DNA of 63,117 nt, filler included, from Conidiobolus incongruus B7586 (GCA_000697335.1; 9 parts of 9 records of this genome joined end to end with filler, not necessarily neighbours in it); one strand, 5' to 3'; numbered from the whole stretch's first letter, positions 1 through 13,155 are shown. Translations and numbers: made by a program. The notes: generated from the sequence alone by a model not told the origin.

Positions 1-3000
1 ATTAAACTACCTCTTTAGTATCTTTAAAAACAAATTAACTACTTATGATAGCTTAAAAAACCTTTACAAACTTGAAAACTACCTTAAAAACATGAAGAAT
101 TACCTTGATTTGATTCCTAATGAAGATTTAAAGAATATCCTTAAATTAACCACTTTTTTTTTAGAAAAATTTGTTTATACTTGGTAGTTAACTTATTACA
201 AGCTTAATCCTAAAAAATCTTCAGGAGGATAGTTTACTATAAAGATACAAACTTTTAAACAATTAGAAAAAGCTTTTAAAGAGAGGTATTACCTAAAAGA
301 TTAAGTTTAATTAACAAGAGAAAAGCTTTCCTAGCTTAAATAAAAAACTTCTATAAGATAATTAATTGAGAAATTTAATGAGATATATTTAAACATATTA
401 AATATTACTAAAGAAGAATAAATCTACAAACTATTATAATACCTTAACTTTTAAATAAAGCTCTAGTTAGTTAATAAGGAACACTTTAATAATATGTTTT
501 TTTCTAATATTTGTAATATAGCAATTATAATTGATGATATCTTTTACTTTATAATTAAATTTTCTTATCTTAAAAATTAATCTTTTAAATTTTACTCTAA
601 CCCACTTAAGTTTTAAATGATAAATATTTCTGCTTTAAAGCTTTATGAGAAAATCTTTAATAAAGAAACTAAAGCTTACTTGAGAATAAACAAAAGTGGT
701 TATTACTATTGAAGGATTTTAATTAACTATAGAATTAATAAATACCCTTTAAAAAAACAACATCTGTTTAATTTTCAATAATTTTAACCTACTAACTATA
801 AATCAACCTTGAATAATATTAATATAACTTTAAAATCACCTTTTTCACAATTAGTTAGTAGATTTTAATCTAATCCACAAAAGTTTTAATAGACTACTGA
901 TTTTATAAATTAAACTATATATATTAGAGAAATCTAACTGATTAAACTATTAGAAACTAAAAATATTCTAGTAACTAATTTACCTTGTGATTTTTTACCT
1001 TTAACTATCACCTTATTGTTTGTGTTAATTAATTCTTTTATAAACATACTTATTAGTGTTTTAATTAATTTTAGTTGTTTTAGTTATATTATCTCTTCTT
1101 TTATTATTGTAAAGCTATCTTTACCTACTTAAAAAAGTAACTTAATAATTAAATATGTTAACAACTTAATAGAATAAACATCTAACACTATATTTAAATA
1201 TTTATTATTACTTTTTAACTACTCCCAATATATTAAATTCCTAGTTAATAACATTAATTATAATTTTATACTAGGTTAAAATTAATTTAAATATTATAGT
1301 TTTATATCTATGAATATTACCCTAGAAAGCTACAAATTTATTTCTTTCACATTCTAAAAAAAATTAGTGGAATTAATCTTAAAAAACTTATATTACCTTA
1401 TTATAAAACTATTAAATACTATACCTAACACTAACTCTATAATTGTAGCAAATAATTTTATTATTATAAACAAAAATCAATGTAAAAAACTAATTAAAAA
1501 CCCTAATAATTTATAGGGATATATATTTGTTTATTATTTATTTATTAGTACTTTATCTGTTAATTTCAATGAAGTTATATCTAATAACTACTTCCTATAT
1601 AATACAATAAGTTAATTTGCTAATGTTTTTGAATTTATAAATAAATTACCTTTTAAATATAATATTAAACATAAAATTAAACTACTCCCTAGTATATAAT
1701 TATACTTAAAACTTATTTACCATTTATTTCTTAAATAATATTAAACTTTAAAAGAAGAAATCTAAAAACTATTTAAAAATAGGTATATTAGACTTTTTTC
1801 TTTACTATAAAAATCTTTAATCTTTTTTATAAAAAAGGTTAATGGTGGTTAAAAACTATATATTAATAACTATGTTTTAAACTCTAAAACTATTAAGGAT
1901 AAAACCTTATTATTAAACTTATATGATGTTAGGGATAAACTACTTAAATCAACTATATTTACCAAACTAGATGTTAGGAATAAATATTATAATATTAAAG
2001 TTAAAAAAAATTCTATCCTTTTAACTATTTTCAATACTTTTTTAAGTTACTATAAATTTACTGTTATAAACTTTAGATTGTATAATACTTTTATAACTTT
2101 CACTTAATTTATTAATTCTTTTTTTAACCTTGTCTTTAATAACTTTATTATCACTTACCTTGATAATATCCTAATCTATTTAAAAACTAAAGAAGAATAT
2201 ATTTAATATATTAATTAGGTTTTACAAATTATTCAAGAATATAAATTACTTTTGAAATTATTAAAATATATCTTTGGTGCCTCTTCTATCTTTTTCTATG
2301 GTTATATTGTTTCCTCTTAAAGAATTAATATTAATCCAACTAAACTCAATGGTGTTAAAGCTTTTATTATACATATAAACAAAAATTAATTTATGTTTAT
2401 ACTTAGATTATTAAATTACTTTAAAGATTTTATTGATTCTTTTGTTAAACTTATTACTTTTCTTATTAATTTCTTAAAGAAAAACTCTCTTTTTATATAA
2501 ACCCCACTATACACTTTCTATATAAATGCTTTAATTTTCTATATTACCAATACTTTTACTTTATCTATTTTTAATCTAAAACTACCTACTATTATTTTTA
2601 CTAACTTTAGTTTTTTTGTAATTAGTAGATAATTAACCTAGTTTAAATTTAATTTATATTTTACCTTATAACTATAAGATAAAATAATAAATAAAAAAGA
2701 ATAAGTTGAATTTAACCTTATAAATGTTACTTTAAAACTAATAACATTTTAATTAAGAAAAATAAAACCAGCTAACTTAAAATACCTAGTCTATAAATAA
2801 AAACTTTTTGCTTTAGTAGAAATAATTAAAAATCACTTATATTTCCTATCCTACAACCTTTTCTTAACATTTACAAATTATAAATCACTTATTTACTTAA
2901 ATATTCAGAAGAATTTATTAAAAAAATAAGTTAGATAGATTAAAATTATCTAAGCTTATCTTTTCTTTATTTAATATCTTTTAGGTTAATAAAACTATGT

Positions 3001-3727
3001 TGTAAATACTTTATTAAGAAATCTTACATACTTATCCTTTTATTCTAATTATAAAAATCTAGCAAATATTAACTTAATAATTATTAATGAAGGAAATGAA
3101 GAATTTATTAAACTACTTTAAAGAACATTGTTAAATAATAATTTCTTTATTTAAAACAAAGAAGAACTTTTTAAACTATTAGAAAACCAATTAAAATATG
3201 TTAAAAAATTTAAAATTATTAATAACTTACTATATTATAATAGTTGTCTATATATTCCTAACATTCCTAAGATTTAACAAACAATATTTGATGAATGTTA
3301 TAATTTACCTGTTAGAGAATATTAAAACTAGTTAAAGATTGTTGAGAGAATTAAAATAAAGTATTACTAACCTTCCCTAATTAAATTAGTTTAGAAATAC
3401 ACTAATACCTGTGATATATGCTAAAAAATTAAATATAATACTTAACTAAAATATAGTAAACTTATTCCTTTATAAGTCCCTAATGAAATTTAATAACAAA
3501 TCCAACTTAATTTCATAGAAATTCTTAAATCAATAAATAGTTATAATAACTTACTAATTATAATTGATTTATTTTCCAAATATATTCATTTTATTCCTTG
3601 TTTCAAAACTTCTATAGTTAAAGATGTTACATAATTATTATTCTCTAATATTTTTACCTATTATAAAATTCTACAAACTATTGTATTTAATAAAGATATA
3701 TAATTTAACTTTTAATTCTAGAAGCTA

Positions 3728-5034
3728 TTACTCTGTATTTTTAATAATGGGAATTTTTTGCAATTAAAAATAAATAAACATTTGAATATATGATATATAA
3801 AAATAAATATATAAAATAAATTTAATAGTTTCCTTTATTATTAATAACTTTTTGCTATACTTTTAGCAAACTTCTAACACCTAAAAAACAGTTCTTTTTA
3901 TTAAAGACTGAAATTTGATGTTTTATAAACCAATTAAATTTTTCTGCAGAAATTTTCTTTCCTGCAAGCTGGTTTTTTAATTGCCCAAAGCAATTATAAT
4001 CACATAGGTTATAATCAAAGGAATATACTGGATGTGGTAGTTCTTTCCAGTTATTTTTAATTAGAAAGTTTTTTACAGCTTTAGATTTATGTATTTTGCA
4101 ATTATCATGCAAAATAATAGGTCTTCTCAAATTATATTGAGAACACTAATTAGAAATACTTTTATTTAAAAAAGCAATATATAGTTTACTATTAATTGAT
4201 TTTCCTTCAGGAACTAAATAAGAATAGTATATACCATTATAATCTATTGCAATAATTAACATTTGCTTATTAACAAAGTGTTTATTTAAAGGGATTTGTA
4301 GAGGGGGTTGATTTGGCTTAATCCAGCATCTTGATTTGTGTTTTGGTAAAGGATTATACATAGGGATCTAAGATTCATCAATTGTAATTATTTACTGTAA
4401 AAGTCTAGGCTTCTGGTAATATTTCAATAGGTTTTGTTTAGCAATAGCTACTCTAGCTTTTTTTTAAGCTTTAGTTAAATTATAAGGTACCCATTTTGCA
4501 TTTTTATTTATTAATTTTAGTTTAAACTTTAAAATATATAAAATACTTGTAAAACTAATATTAAAGTGCTTAGATAATTCTCTAGCTGAAATAAAAAGGT
4601 GCTTTTCAATATATTTTTTCACTCTATTTACAATTGAAAGAGTGATAGTTAAAGTTAGTCTTCTAGATTTTAGCAGGTTTTGAATAGTTTCTCTCCTAGC
4701 CTTAAAGTAATTTACCCAGTGATAAATTGTTGATTTAGATAATGCTTCATTACCAAAAGCTGCTTGTAAATTTTAAATAATTTTAGAGGGTTTATGGTTA
4801 AGTTTTACTGATACCAAAATAAAAGACTTTTGATGATCACTATTTGGTTTAAGCATGATTAAATTAAACAACCAATTTTAAAAATTAATTTTTTAATCAA
4901 AAAAACTAATATATATATATATTAAAAATATATAATTTCCTATTAACTTTGTATATATTTATTCATTTCAAACTAATAATATGTTTGAAAAATTGGAAAT
5001 TAAAAAATTTCCCATTATTTCAAATTCAAGGTAA
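3728..5034 (-). mobile_element. Full-length mariner (DD34D) DNA transposon, 1307 bp, nested in the Gypsy integrase
   Basis: Imperfect TIRs TTACTCTGTATTTTTAATAATGGGAA and (reverse complement) TTACCTTGAATTTGAAATAATGGGAA. TA duplications at 3726-3727 and 5035-5036. Confidence 0.95.
3855..4856 (-). pseudogene. mariner transposase pseudogene
   Basis: ATG at 4856; HTH region LQAAFGNEALSKSTIYHWVNYFK; WVPYNL (WVPHEL motif); IDES*; ILHDNC...HPVYSFDYNLCDY with 34 residues between the last two Asp. Several in-frame TAA/TAG stops. Confidence 0.92.
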
Positions 5035-5907
5035 TAATATCATTTTCCTTTAAAATTAACTTAGTTATATTTATTACTAATTATCACTAAACTAATAAAC
5101 TTGCTGAAAAAACTATTAAAACCTTAAAGTAAATGATTAAAGCTTATATTAACACTAATCAGTTAAATTAAGATACCTATATCTACTAACTCTAATATTT
5201 ATTTAATACTTTTATCAACAAATCAACAGGTTTTAGCTTTTATTTCATCAATTATAATAAACATCCTAACTTAATAATTACTCTAACACTTTAAATAAAC
5301 TTATCTTTAAATATTTTTGAATTTTAATCTAATATCAAACAGATTAATTCCCTTGTTAAATTTAACTTAGAAGAAAATTAAAAGATTATAGAACAACAAT
5401 ACTTAAAGTTATTTAGAAATCCTTTTAAATATAAAATTAGCATGTTTGTATACTTAGAATAATCTACCCTTAAACTTACCTTACTTAAATCTAGCTTAAA
5501 TCCCAAATACTTACCATTATACTATAGTCCCTATAAAATTTAATCTATTGATTCAAATTTTAAAAATATTATCTTAGAATTACTTCTAACTTTGAGGATT
5601 AACTCTACCTTTCACATATTTAAAATTAAACCATACTTTGAAGATTTTAACACTTTTCTTAATTGATTAAAAACCCTAAAACTAAATCCAATTATTAATT
5701 AAGATAGAGAAGAAAAATACTATGTTGATTACATAATTAAATCTAAATTTATTAGGAATAAACTTTATTTTTATATAAAATAGATGGGTTATTCTATTAA
5801 AAAAGCTACATAAGAACCCCTAGAAAATATTAAGAATACTTTAGCTTATTATACCTATTTGTAAAAATTTAGGGAGTGTGTCTCCTCTAAGAAATTTATT
5901 AAGGGAG

Positions 5908-6306
5908 TGTTAAAAGACTAGTTCTTTAAATTCTTATATATACTTTTATATAATCTAATTAACTATAAATTATATGATTAATTTATACTTATATAATTAA
6001 ATTAATTATATAAGTAGTATTGAATTATCTAATAAACTAGGTTCTTCTTTTTTCCTCTTAATTCTTACTATTTTTTACTTTTACACTATTTTTAAGATTG
6101 AAACTATATTCTATCAATATTATAGGATATTAACATTACCTAATATAAATCTTAATATATCAGTGACTCATCCTAGTTTGAAGCTTAATTAAACTTTGTT
6201 TATACTTGCACACTACAGCTATATTATATTACCACATTCTATATACATTACTTTTATATTAAGTTTTCCTCTATACTATATTGGTTTAACTATCACTATA
6301 TTTACA
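5908..6306 (+). repeat. 3' LTR of the chromovirus (TG...CA, ~399 bp)
   Basis: Starts TGTTAAAAGA directly after the purine tract. Colinear with 6659-7049 up to TTTACA at 6306. Confidence 0.85.
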
Positions 6307-6658
6307 GTATTTTTAATTTTATAACTTACTTTTATAGGTCAGTATATATATATTATATATATTTAAATTATATCTTTAATTAAGCTATTAATATTAATTA
6401 ATATATTTTCTTATATTATTATATTAATTTAATTAATCTATTTAATTTATTTTCTTTGGGTGATTTTTACTAAATATATTAAAGAATAGATAGTATTAGT
6501 TTAAAAAAAATTGGTAAATTTTTTGGTTTCTGATTTTTTAATTATTTTGCTAATTTTGAAAAATTAATTTTATTTAAAAAATATAAGAAAATTAATATTT
6601 TTTAAAATATATATATAGTTAATAATGAATTATTTATTAAAATACTATTAATTAAAAA

Positions 6659-7060
6659 TGTTAAAAGATTAATTCTTTCAATTCTTATATATATTTCTTT
6701 ATAATTCAATTAATTATAAATTATATGATTAGTTTATAATTTTATTGCTAAATTAATTATATAAATAGCATTATATTATTTAATACACAAGGTTCTTCTT
6801 TTTTCTCTTAATTTTTATTATTTTTTATCTTTTACACTATTTTTAAGATTAAAACTATATTTTATTAATATTATAGTATTTTAATATTACTTCATATTAA
6901 TCTTAATATATTAGTTACTGATCTTAATTTAAAGCTTAATTAAACTTTATTTATTATTCTATATTATATTACCATGCTTTATACCATATTACTTCTATAT
7001 TAAGTTTTCCTTTATATCATATTAATAACTTTTTATTATTATATTTATATAGTAGTAATA
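6659..7060 (+). repeat. Second LTR copy (6659-7049) followed by a decayed putative PBS; probably the 5' LTR of another family member running into the gap
   Basis: TGTTAAAAGA start and colinear with 5908-6306; the end CA has become TA. The next bases TAGTAGTAA resemble a transition-decayed TGGTAGCAG tRNA-iMet PBS. Confidence 0.75.
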
Positions 7061-7062
7061 AA

Positions 7063-7162
7063 NNNNNNNNNNNNNNNNNNNNNNNNNNNNNNNNNNNNNN
7101 NNNNNNTTAATTAATTAANNNNNNNNNNNNNNNNNNNNNNNNNNNNNNNNNNNNNNNNNNNN
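7063..7162. other. Assembly linker (44 N + TTAATTAATTAA + 44 N)
   Basis: Fixed 100-bp format with a six-frame-stop palindrome, repeated 8 times in the window. Confidence 0.97.
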
Positions 7163-7730
7163 TTTATATAATTGATAAAGGAATTAATATCAAATAATAT
7201 TATAATATTTTAAATAATATATTTAAAAAAACTATTAAATAAAATATAAATAATTTTAATTTTATAATTCATTTTTATAAGATAGTATATTTTCCGAAAC
7301 TCAAAATATATATGAAACCCCAAAAATAAAAATATTTACCATATCTTTCTTGTTAAAAAGATAAATATAATAATAATATAGTTAATTAAATAATCTATCA
7401 ATAAACATTATAAATTGATTGATACTATCATATTATTGAATATAAATATATATCAAGCAATAATTTTTGAAATAAATTTTGGAATATCACAAATATATTT
7501 TGAAAAGATTTATCATATAAAATTATATATAGATGGATATAATTTTAGATTATTAATGAATTAAATTATTTAAATTATAAATATAAAATAAAAATTATTT
7601 AAATAATTTTAAAAGGAAAATATTTAAGCTGTTCAACAAAAAATAATATAAAATATATCGAAGATAAGGAAATTTTGAAAATTTTAATAAAATTAAATCT
7701 TATTTGAGTGAATGTGATGAGTAATAAAAA

Positions 7731-7803
7731 CGATTCCACCAGGGATCGAACCTGGAATCTCTTGATCCGTAGTCAAGCGCCTTATCCATTTGGCCATGGA
7801 ACC
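7731..7803 (-). tRNA. tRNA-Arg(ACG)
   Basis: GGTTCCATGGCCAAATGGATAAGGCG CTTGA CT ACG GA TCAAG AGATT CCAGG TTCGATC CCTGG TGGAATCG forms a cloverleaf and is followed by a T5 Pol III terminator. Confidence 0.96.
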
Positions 7804-8369
7804 TTGGGTAAGTTGATATATAATTTATACATTTTTATAAAATGAATTCAAATCAATTGAACTTATAATATTTTATTTAATTTTATCTTTTCAACATCAC
7901 ATTTTCATTTTTTCTATTTTTTTCAGATCTTTATCTCAAACAGTTAACTCTATTTTCTTTATTATTTTTTATACTATACAAACTATACACATAAACTGTA
8001 TTTCTTTTCTTTAACGATTTTATATCTTAAGATATTCTACTAAATACACAGAAATATTTAATTCAAATTTCATAGTACTAATAAAGATAGTCCAAATAAC
8101 TTTTAAAATACCTAAAAATGATAAATTTATTTAAAATAATTTACTATTTAATTTATTAATTTTAAATATAAACTAATAAATGATATAACAATATTTAAAA
8201 ATATTGAAATAGAATTGATTAGATAATTTTTTTGATATGAAGTAACCACCAATTTATAGATAATATATATTGGAATTATTGAATGATATATATTGATTAT
8301 TGGATATTAATTAAAATATCATATTGATAAAAAATATAGAAATTAATCATTAAAAAATATATATTTTAA

Positions 8370-10253
8370 TCACATCCTCACTTTCAATTTTAGTCTCAAG
8401 TCTTTAGGCCTCAAAATGGCTATTGAATTTAATCTCAAAGAATTGTAATCAAGGTTACAAGGATCAATACTGAACTCAAATTTTTGTAATAGTAAACATA
8501 ATGTAACTCGTTGTTCCATCAGTGAGAAAGTATTACCAAGACCTAAAAGATTATATTAAATTTGATAAAATTAAAAATTAAAAATATAATCTTACAAGTT
8601 CTTGCTCCAGTAATGAAACCTAGCCAATTTTTGTTAGCTTCTAAGTTGGATTGTTCAAATCTTTCTGGAATGAATATATCGGGATCTGGGAATATATCAG
8701 GATTGTGGTGATTCACCCAAAGATGACACACTATAGGCATCCCCTTTGGAATTGTAATTCCGTTGGATAGTGTCACATCCTCCATAGCAACACGGTGTAA
8801 GTGGTTAACAGTTGTCATAATCCTCATTGATTCTTTAATAACTAAGTCCAAATAGGACATCGCTTTTAATTGATCTACAGTGGGCGTAGTAAGAGTAGAT
8901 GGATAGTTCAAAGTTGATAAAATTTCATTTCTCAGTTTTTCTTGAATTTTCTAATTGAATATAAATTATAAACACCAATTATAATTTAACGGACTTAACT
9001 TACTGGATATCTCGACAAATAATAAAATGTAGAGCTTAAGGTATTACTGGTAGTATCATGACCAGCTAACAATATACTCTTTAAATTATCCTAATACCAA
9101 TAATTTAGGCAATCTTAATTATCATAAATATGTTATATATTACTCTAATTTCATTATGAGTCAACTTTTCATCACTCTTTTTACTTGCTAAAATCAAATC
9201 ATCAAGCAAATTTTGACTATTAGCATCAACACCACACTTTTGCAATTTTTCCTGTCTCTCCATGATCCAGTCATCAATCATCTGGTTATATTCATCAATT
9301 TTTTTCACGAATTTAGGTCGTCCTAATATTGGGATATTTTCAATTTTTGGAAATACAAAATATATAAAGTTTGAAAAAAGTTCATCCATGATCTCAACAT
9401 ATACTCTGTAGAATCGACAATTTGGGTCTTTGATAGACTATATTAAATATTAATTTAATTGTGTATCAATTATAGAGTAAGAGATTACATTAAAATTAAA
9501 ATTAAAAATCATTTTTCCGAGGATATCTAAAGTCAACCTAGTATCAAGGATTAATAATAAAATATATGTTATAAAAGGAATGCATTTTACTTTTGAAAAG
9601 TATCGTGTACATCAACAAAATCCAAGTTTGGTAAATTTGTCCATACATCAATTAAATCATGGCAGCTTTCAGCAAAGAGAGAAGGTTGCCAACTCTTACG
9701 AAATCTAGGATTAACCAATGGTCTAACTTTCTTCCAAATCTTGATCAAATTAATATTAATTCTAATATATTACCATTCGACTTACGTTATTATTAGCCAT
9801 TAAAACTGAGTGCCTACCGAAGAATTCTGACAGAGATCTACTACCGACCAATTCCAAATAATCCACCTTATCGAATTTTTCTAAAAATAATTAAACTAAT
9901 ATTAATATGTTAATATACAATAAAATACCATGTTGATTAAATATTTCCCTCATTAATTGGCCGTTAGAAATATATAAGTACCATCCATTACAGAAAACCT
10001 ATTAAATATTTGTTAATTATATATAATAATATAGATATGAATTACATACTCTAACTATGCCATTATTCTCTTGTAAGCTAGGACCAATAAATTCTTTAAT
10101 CGATTCATTAAAAGGCTTTTGACTGAAACTTATTTTAAAAAAATCTAAAATTGGAGCTCTTTTAACTTTTTGTAATCCTTCAGGTACTTTAATAAATCTA
10201 TATAGCTTATAAATTGAACAAAATATTACTAAAATTAATATTAATTGAATCGT
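8370..10253 (-). CDS. Cytochrome P450, 9 exons, reading frame intact but the start position is ACG
   Basis: Hand-spliced over eight GT-AG introns with no stop or frameshift. N-terminal hydrophobic anchor, WKKVR, AGHDTT, KESMR, PERF, heme FITGARTCLG, TGA at 8370-8372. ACG at 10253 aligns with the paralog ATG at 15068. Confidence 0.9.
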
Positions 10254-10301
10254 AGTGAATAAATTTGAAGTTTAGAAAGTATCTAATAAATACTATAGAC
10301 C

Positions 10302-10309
10302 TTTTTATA
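10302..10309 (-). promoter_or_regulatory. TATA box of the left P450
   Basis: TATAAAAAGG ~50 nt upstream of the ACG. The paralog has TATAAAAGG at the equivalent position (15111-15117). Confidence 0.6.
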
Positions 10310-11843
10310 CTCCTTGAATGATATTTACTATTGAAACCAATTCATTTATTCATTCAAAATATTGCAGGGTGATTAATATTTGTTTTGATGATCATTTTGA
10401 AGGGATAAATATTGATTTTAGTTCATTAAATCAAACAAATTGAATATTAATCTTGTTTTATACTTCCTTAATTCTGCAGTGCGTTGCTAGACATTAAAAT
10501 AATTTATCATTACAATACTCAATTGACATTTATTAACTTTATCATTTGAACTTTTAATTTTCAATTGATATATTAATTTATTGATTAGAAACTAAAAATA
10601 TTATCAATCCACAATTAAAGAACAATGTATTAAATCATTATTTTTATAATACCAAAGCACTAAAATTAGGTAAAAAATATATAATAGCTTTAAATAATGT
10701 ATTTTACAGAATTACTGGACCGTGTTTATATATAATAAAGTTCTGGTGAAATGTATTAATCTAATTGACATCAAACTTATATGCATATCATTATATTGTA
10801 AATTATGGGCAGTATTCAGAGGATAATAAACCACACAGATTGGTTATAAAATTGAGTAAAATTTAAATTGAAATAATATGATCAATTATCAAATATTTAT
10901 TTTTGAATTATAAATTGAAGAATGTATTTTATTATTGGAATGAAAATTTCGACTACACCATTAAATTATTTAGTAAAATGATAATATCGCATCTTTAGTA
11001 AATAAGAAAACTCATCTTAGTAATATGATACACTTACACATTGATATTCAAATTGTATAATTTGTATATCAATGTGTTTCATATAATATGCTCAAATAGT
11101 AATATTAGACAATAACACTTTTTTGGTAATTCGGCTTTATTCTAATTCATTTCTTTTAAGTGTTTGGAAATTAAGTATAAATTATTAATTATTTGAATAA
11201 TGAAATTTAATAAAATATAGAGTTTTTTTAATCCTCCTAAAGTCAATATTAATATTCAACAAATACAACTAAGTATTTCAATTATAGTATTGTTTACCAT
11301 CTTGAAAACATTTTTGAAGAATAATCTACCAAATTATGATTTACCTATAAAATAATATTAATAAACTGAATAGTAAAATTAAGCTTCTGGTCAATTAATA
11401 TAGTAAATAATTATTCCATCTTTATTGGCTGAATATATAATGACTCTATTGATTATAATATATTATTTTCGAATGTTACTATCTGAATAATCACTTCAAA
11501 TATATATTATTTCAATTTCTAAAGATTCTAGACTAATTCCTATATATTTAGACATATTTCATAAGATTGGATTATTTATAATAGCAAAATTACAAAAGTG
11601 TATACTATGCATTAATATAAAATTTGTAATTTTATTATATTTCAAAATAATACCCTTAAATTGCTTGAATTGTGGCCTATTAGGAATATTTACTAATCTA
11701 CCAGAATATTATAAATAATTATTTCTAAAAACCTATAATATTGTAATCATGTTGTTTATATTAAATTCAATTCCCAAACCAAATCAGTATTTTTTATCAA
11801 AACACAATTTGATTTATTATAATATGGATTTAAATTAATAATA

Positions 11844-12390
11844 TTACTACATAAGTTAAATAATAGCAGAATTTTAAACTCAGAATTAAATAAAAGTATT
11901 AATATATAAGATATAAAAATAAATAATTTAAATTAATACTCATTTTAATTATTAATAACTTTTTGCTATATTTTTGATAAACTTTTAATACTTAAATAAT
12001 CTTTTTATTAAAAATTAAAAATTAATATTTTAATAACTAATTAATTTTTTTATTGGAATTTTCTTTTTTGCAAATATATTTTTTAATTACCTAAAGCAAT
12101 TATAATTATATAAGTTATTATTTAGTAAATATATTAGATATAGTAGTTTTTTTTAATTCTTTTAATATAAAATCTTTAATAATTTTAGTTTTATATAGTT
12201 TGAAAAAATTATTAAAAAATAATAGATATTTTTAAATTACAATAATAACATTAATTAGAAATAATTTTATTTACAAAATATAAAACTTGTTATTAATAGA
12301 TTTATACTTAAAAACTAAATAAAAATAATAAATATCATTATAATCTTATATAATCACTTATATTTACTTATATATAAAATTTTTATTTAT
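11844..12390 (-). mobile_element. Heavily decayed 3' part of a mariner copy
   Basis: TIR-like TTACTACATAAGTTAAATAATAG, then sequence colinear with 3830-4290 (e.g. ATTAATAACTTTTTGCTATA, TTTTTTAATTACCTAAAGCAATTATAAT). Confidence 0.75.
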
Positions 12391-13155
12391 TAGGAATTAT
12401 AATATATATATATATAATGTTTAAAATTTAATAATTCAAATAATTTAATATATAAACTTTTCATTTTAGTTATATTTTAATAATTTTTATATAACTATAC
12501 TTATTTTATTTTTTTTCCAAGTTTTTATTAAATTATATAATATTAATTCTATATTTTTATTAATTATAGTAAGTATGAACTTCAATATATATAATATACT
12601 TATGTAATTAATATTAAATTACCTTGATATTTTTTTAATTAAAAAATAATTACATTCCTATATAATTTTTTTATTTTATTATTAAAAATATAAAAATAAA
12701 AATTAGTCAATTAGTATTTGATAAATTTTAAATAATATCACTATTATTTTTAGAATTAGGGATCTAATGATAGATAGTAATATTAGATAAAATATTATCT
12801 TTATAAGTTGTTTTCAAATTTTAAGCGATTTTAAATGGTTTATCATTTAATTATAAAGTTATCAAAATACCAACTTTAGGAATTACTATTTAATTTAATT
12901 ATAATAAAATTTAAAATAATTTATAATAATTTATATCATTTTGGATTTATCAAATTTAATTAATTTTTTTTTGTTTTAACTGGGTTTAAGTATATTTTAT
13001 CAGAGTTATACAAAATCCTATTATAATTAAATTATCAAGTTAAATATTGTTAATGATCATGTTGATGTATCAATTACTAATGGACATGAACAATTTTATA
13101 AATCACTAATCAATATAGCTAAATATCAATAGACAGAGCGTATTGAGTATTAAAT

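Larger units (their letters stand above)
1..6306 (+). mobile_element. Degenerate Ty3/Gypsy chromovirus LTR retrotransposon (gag-PR-RT-RH-IN-chromodomain-3'LTR), 5' end outside window
   Basis: Decayed motifs in Gypsy order. Protease VLINFSCFS (likely from ALIDSGCSG, ~1058); RT TYLDNILIY (from YLDD, ~2153); RNaseH ~2590-3020; integrase HHCC KYY*PSL..TCDIC* (~3290-3425) and core ..AEKTIKTLK*M; GPY-like YYSPYKI (~5520); chromodomain YYVDYIIKSK..YIK*MGYSIKKAT*EPLENI (~5718-5835). PPT AAGGGAG at 5901-5907, then a TG...CA LTR. Many TAA/TAG stops at Q/W positions. Confidence 0.93.

Noticed and set aside
1..6306. Alternative genetic code (stop reassignment) to explain in-frame TAA/TAG
   Set aside because: Host genes use TAA and TGA as normal terminators with no internal stops. 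Stops in TEs co-occur with missense transitions in catalytic motifs.
7107..7118. Recurring TTAATTAATTAA palindrome as a biological repeat or CRISPR-like unit
   Set aside because: Always centred in 44+44 Ns; it is an artificial six-frame-stop linker.
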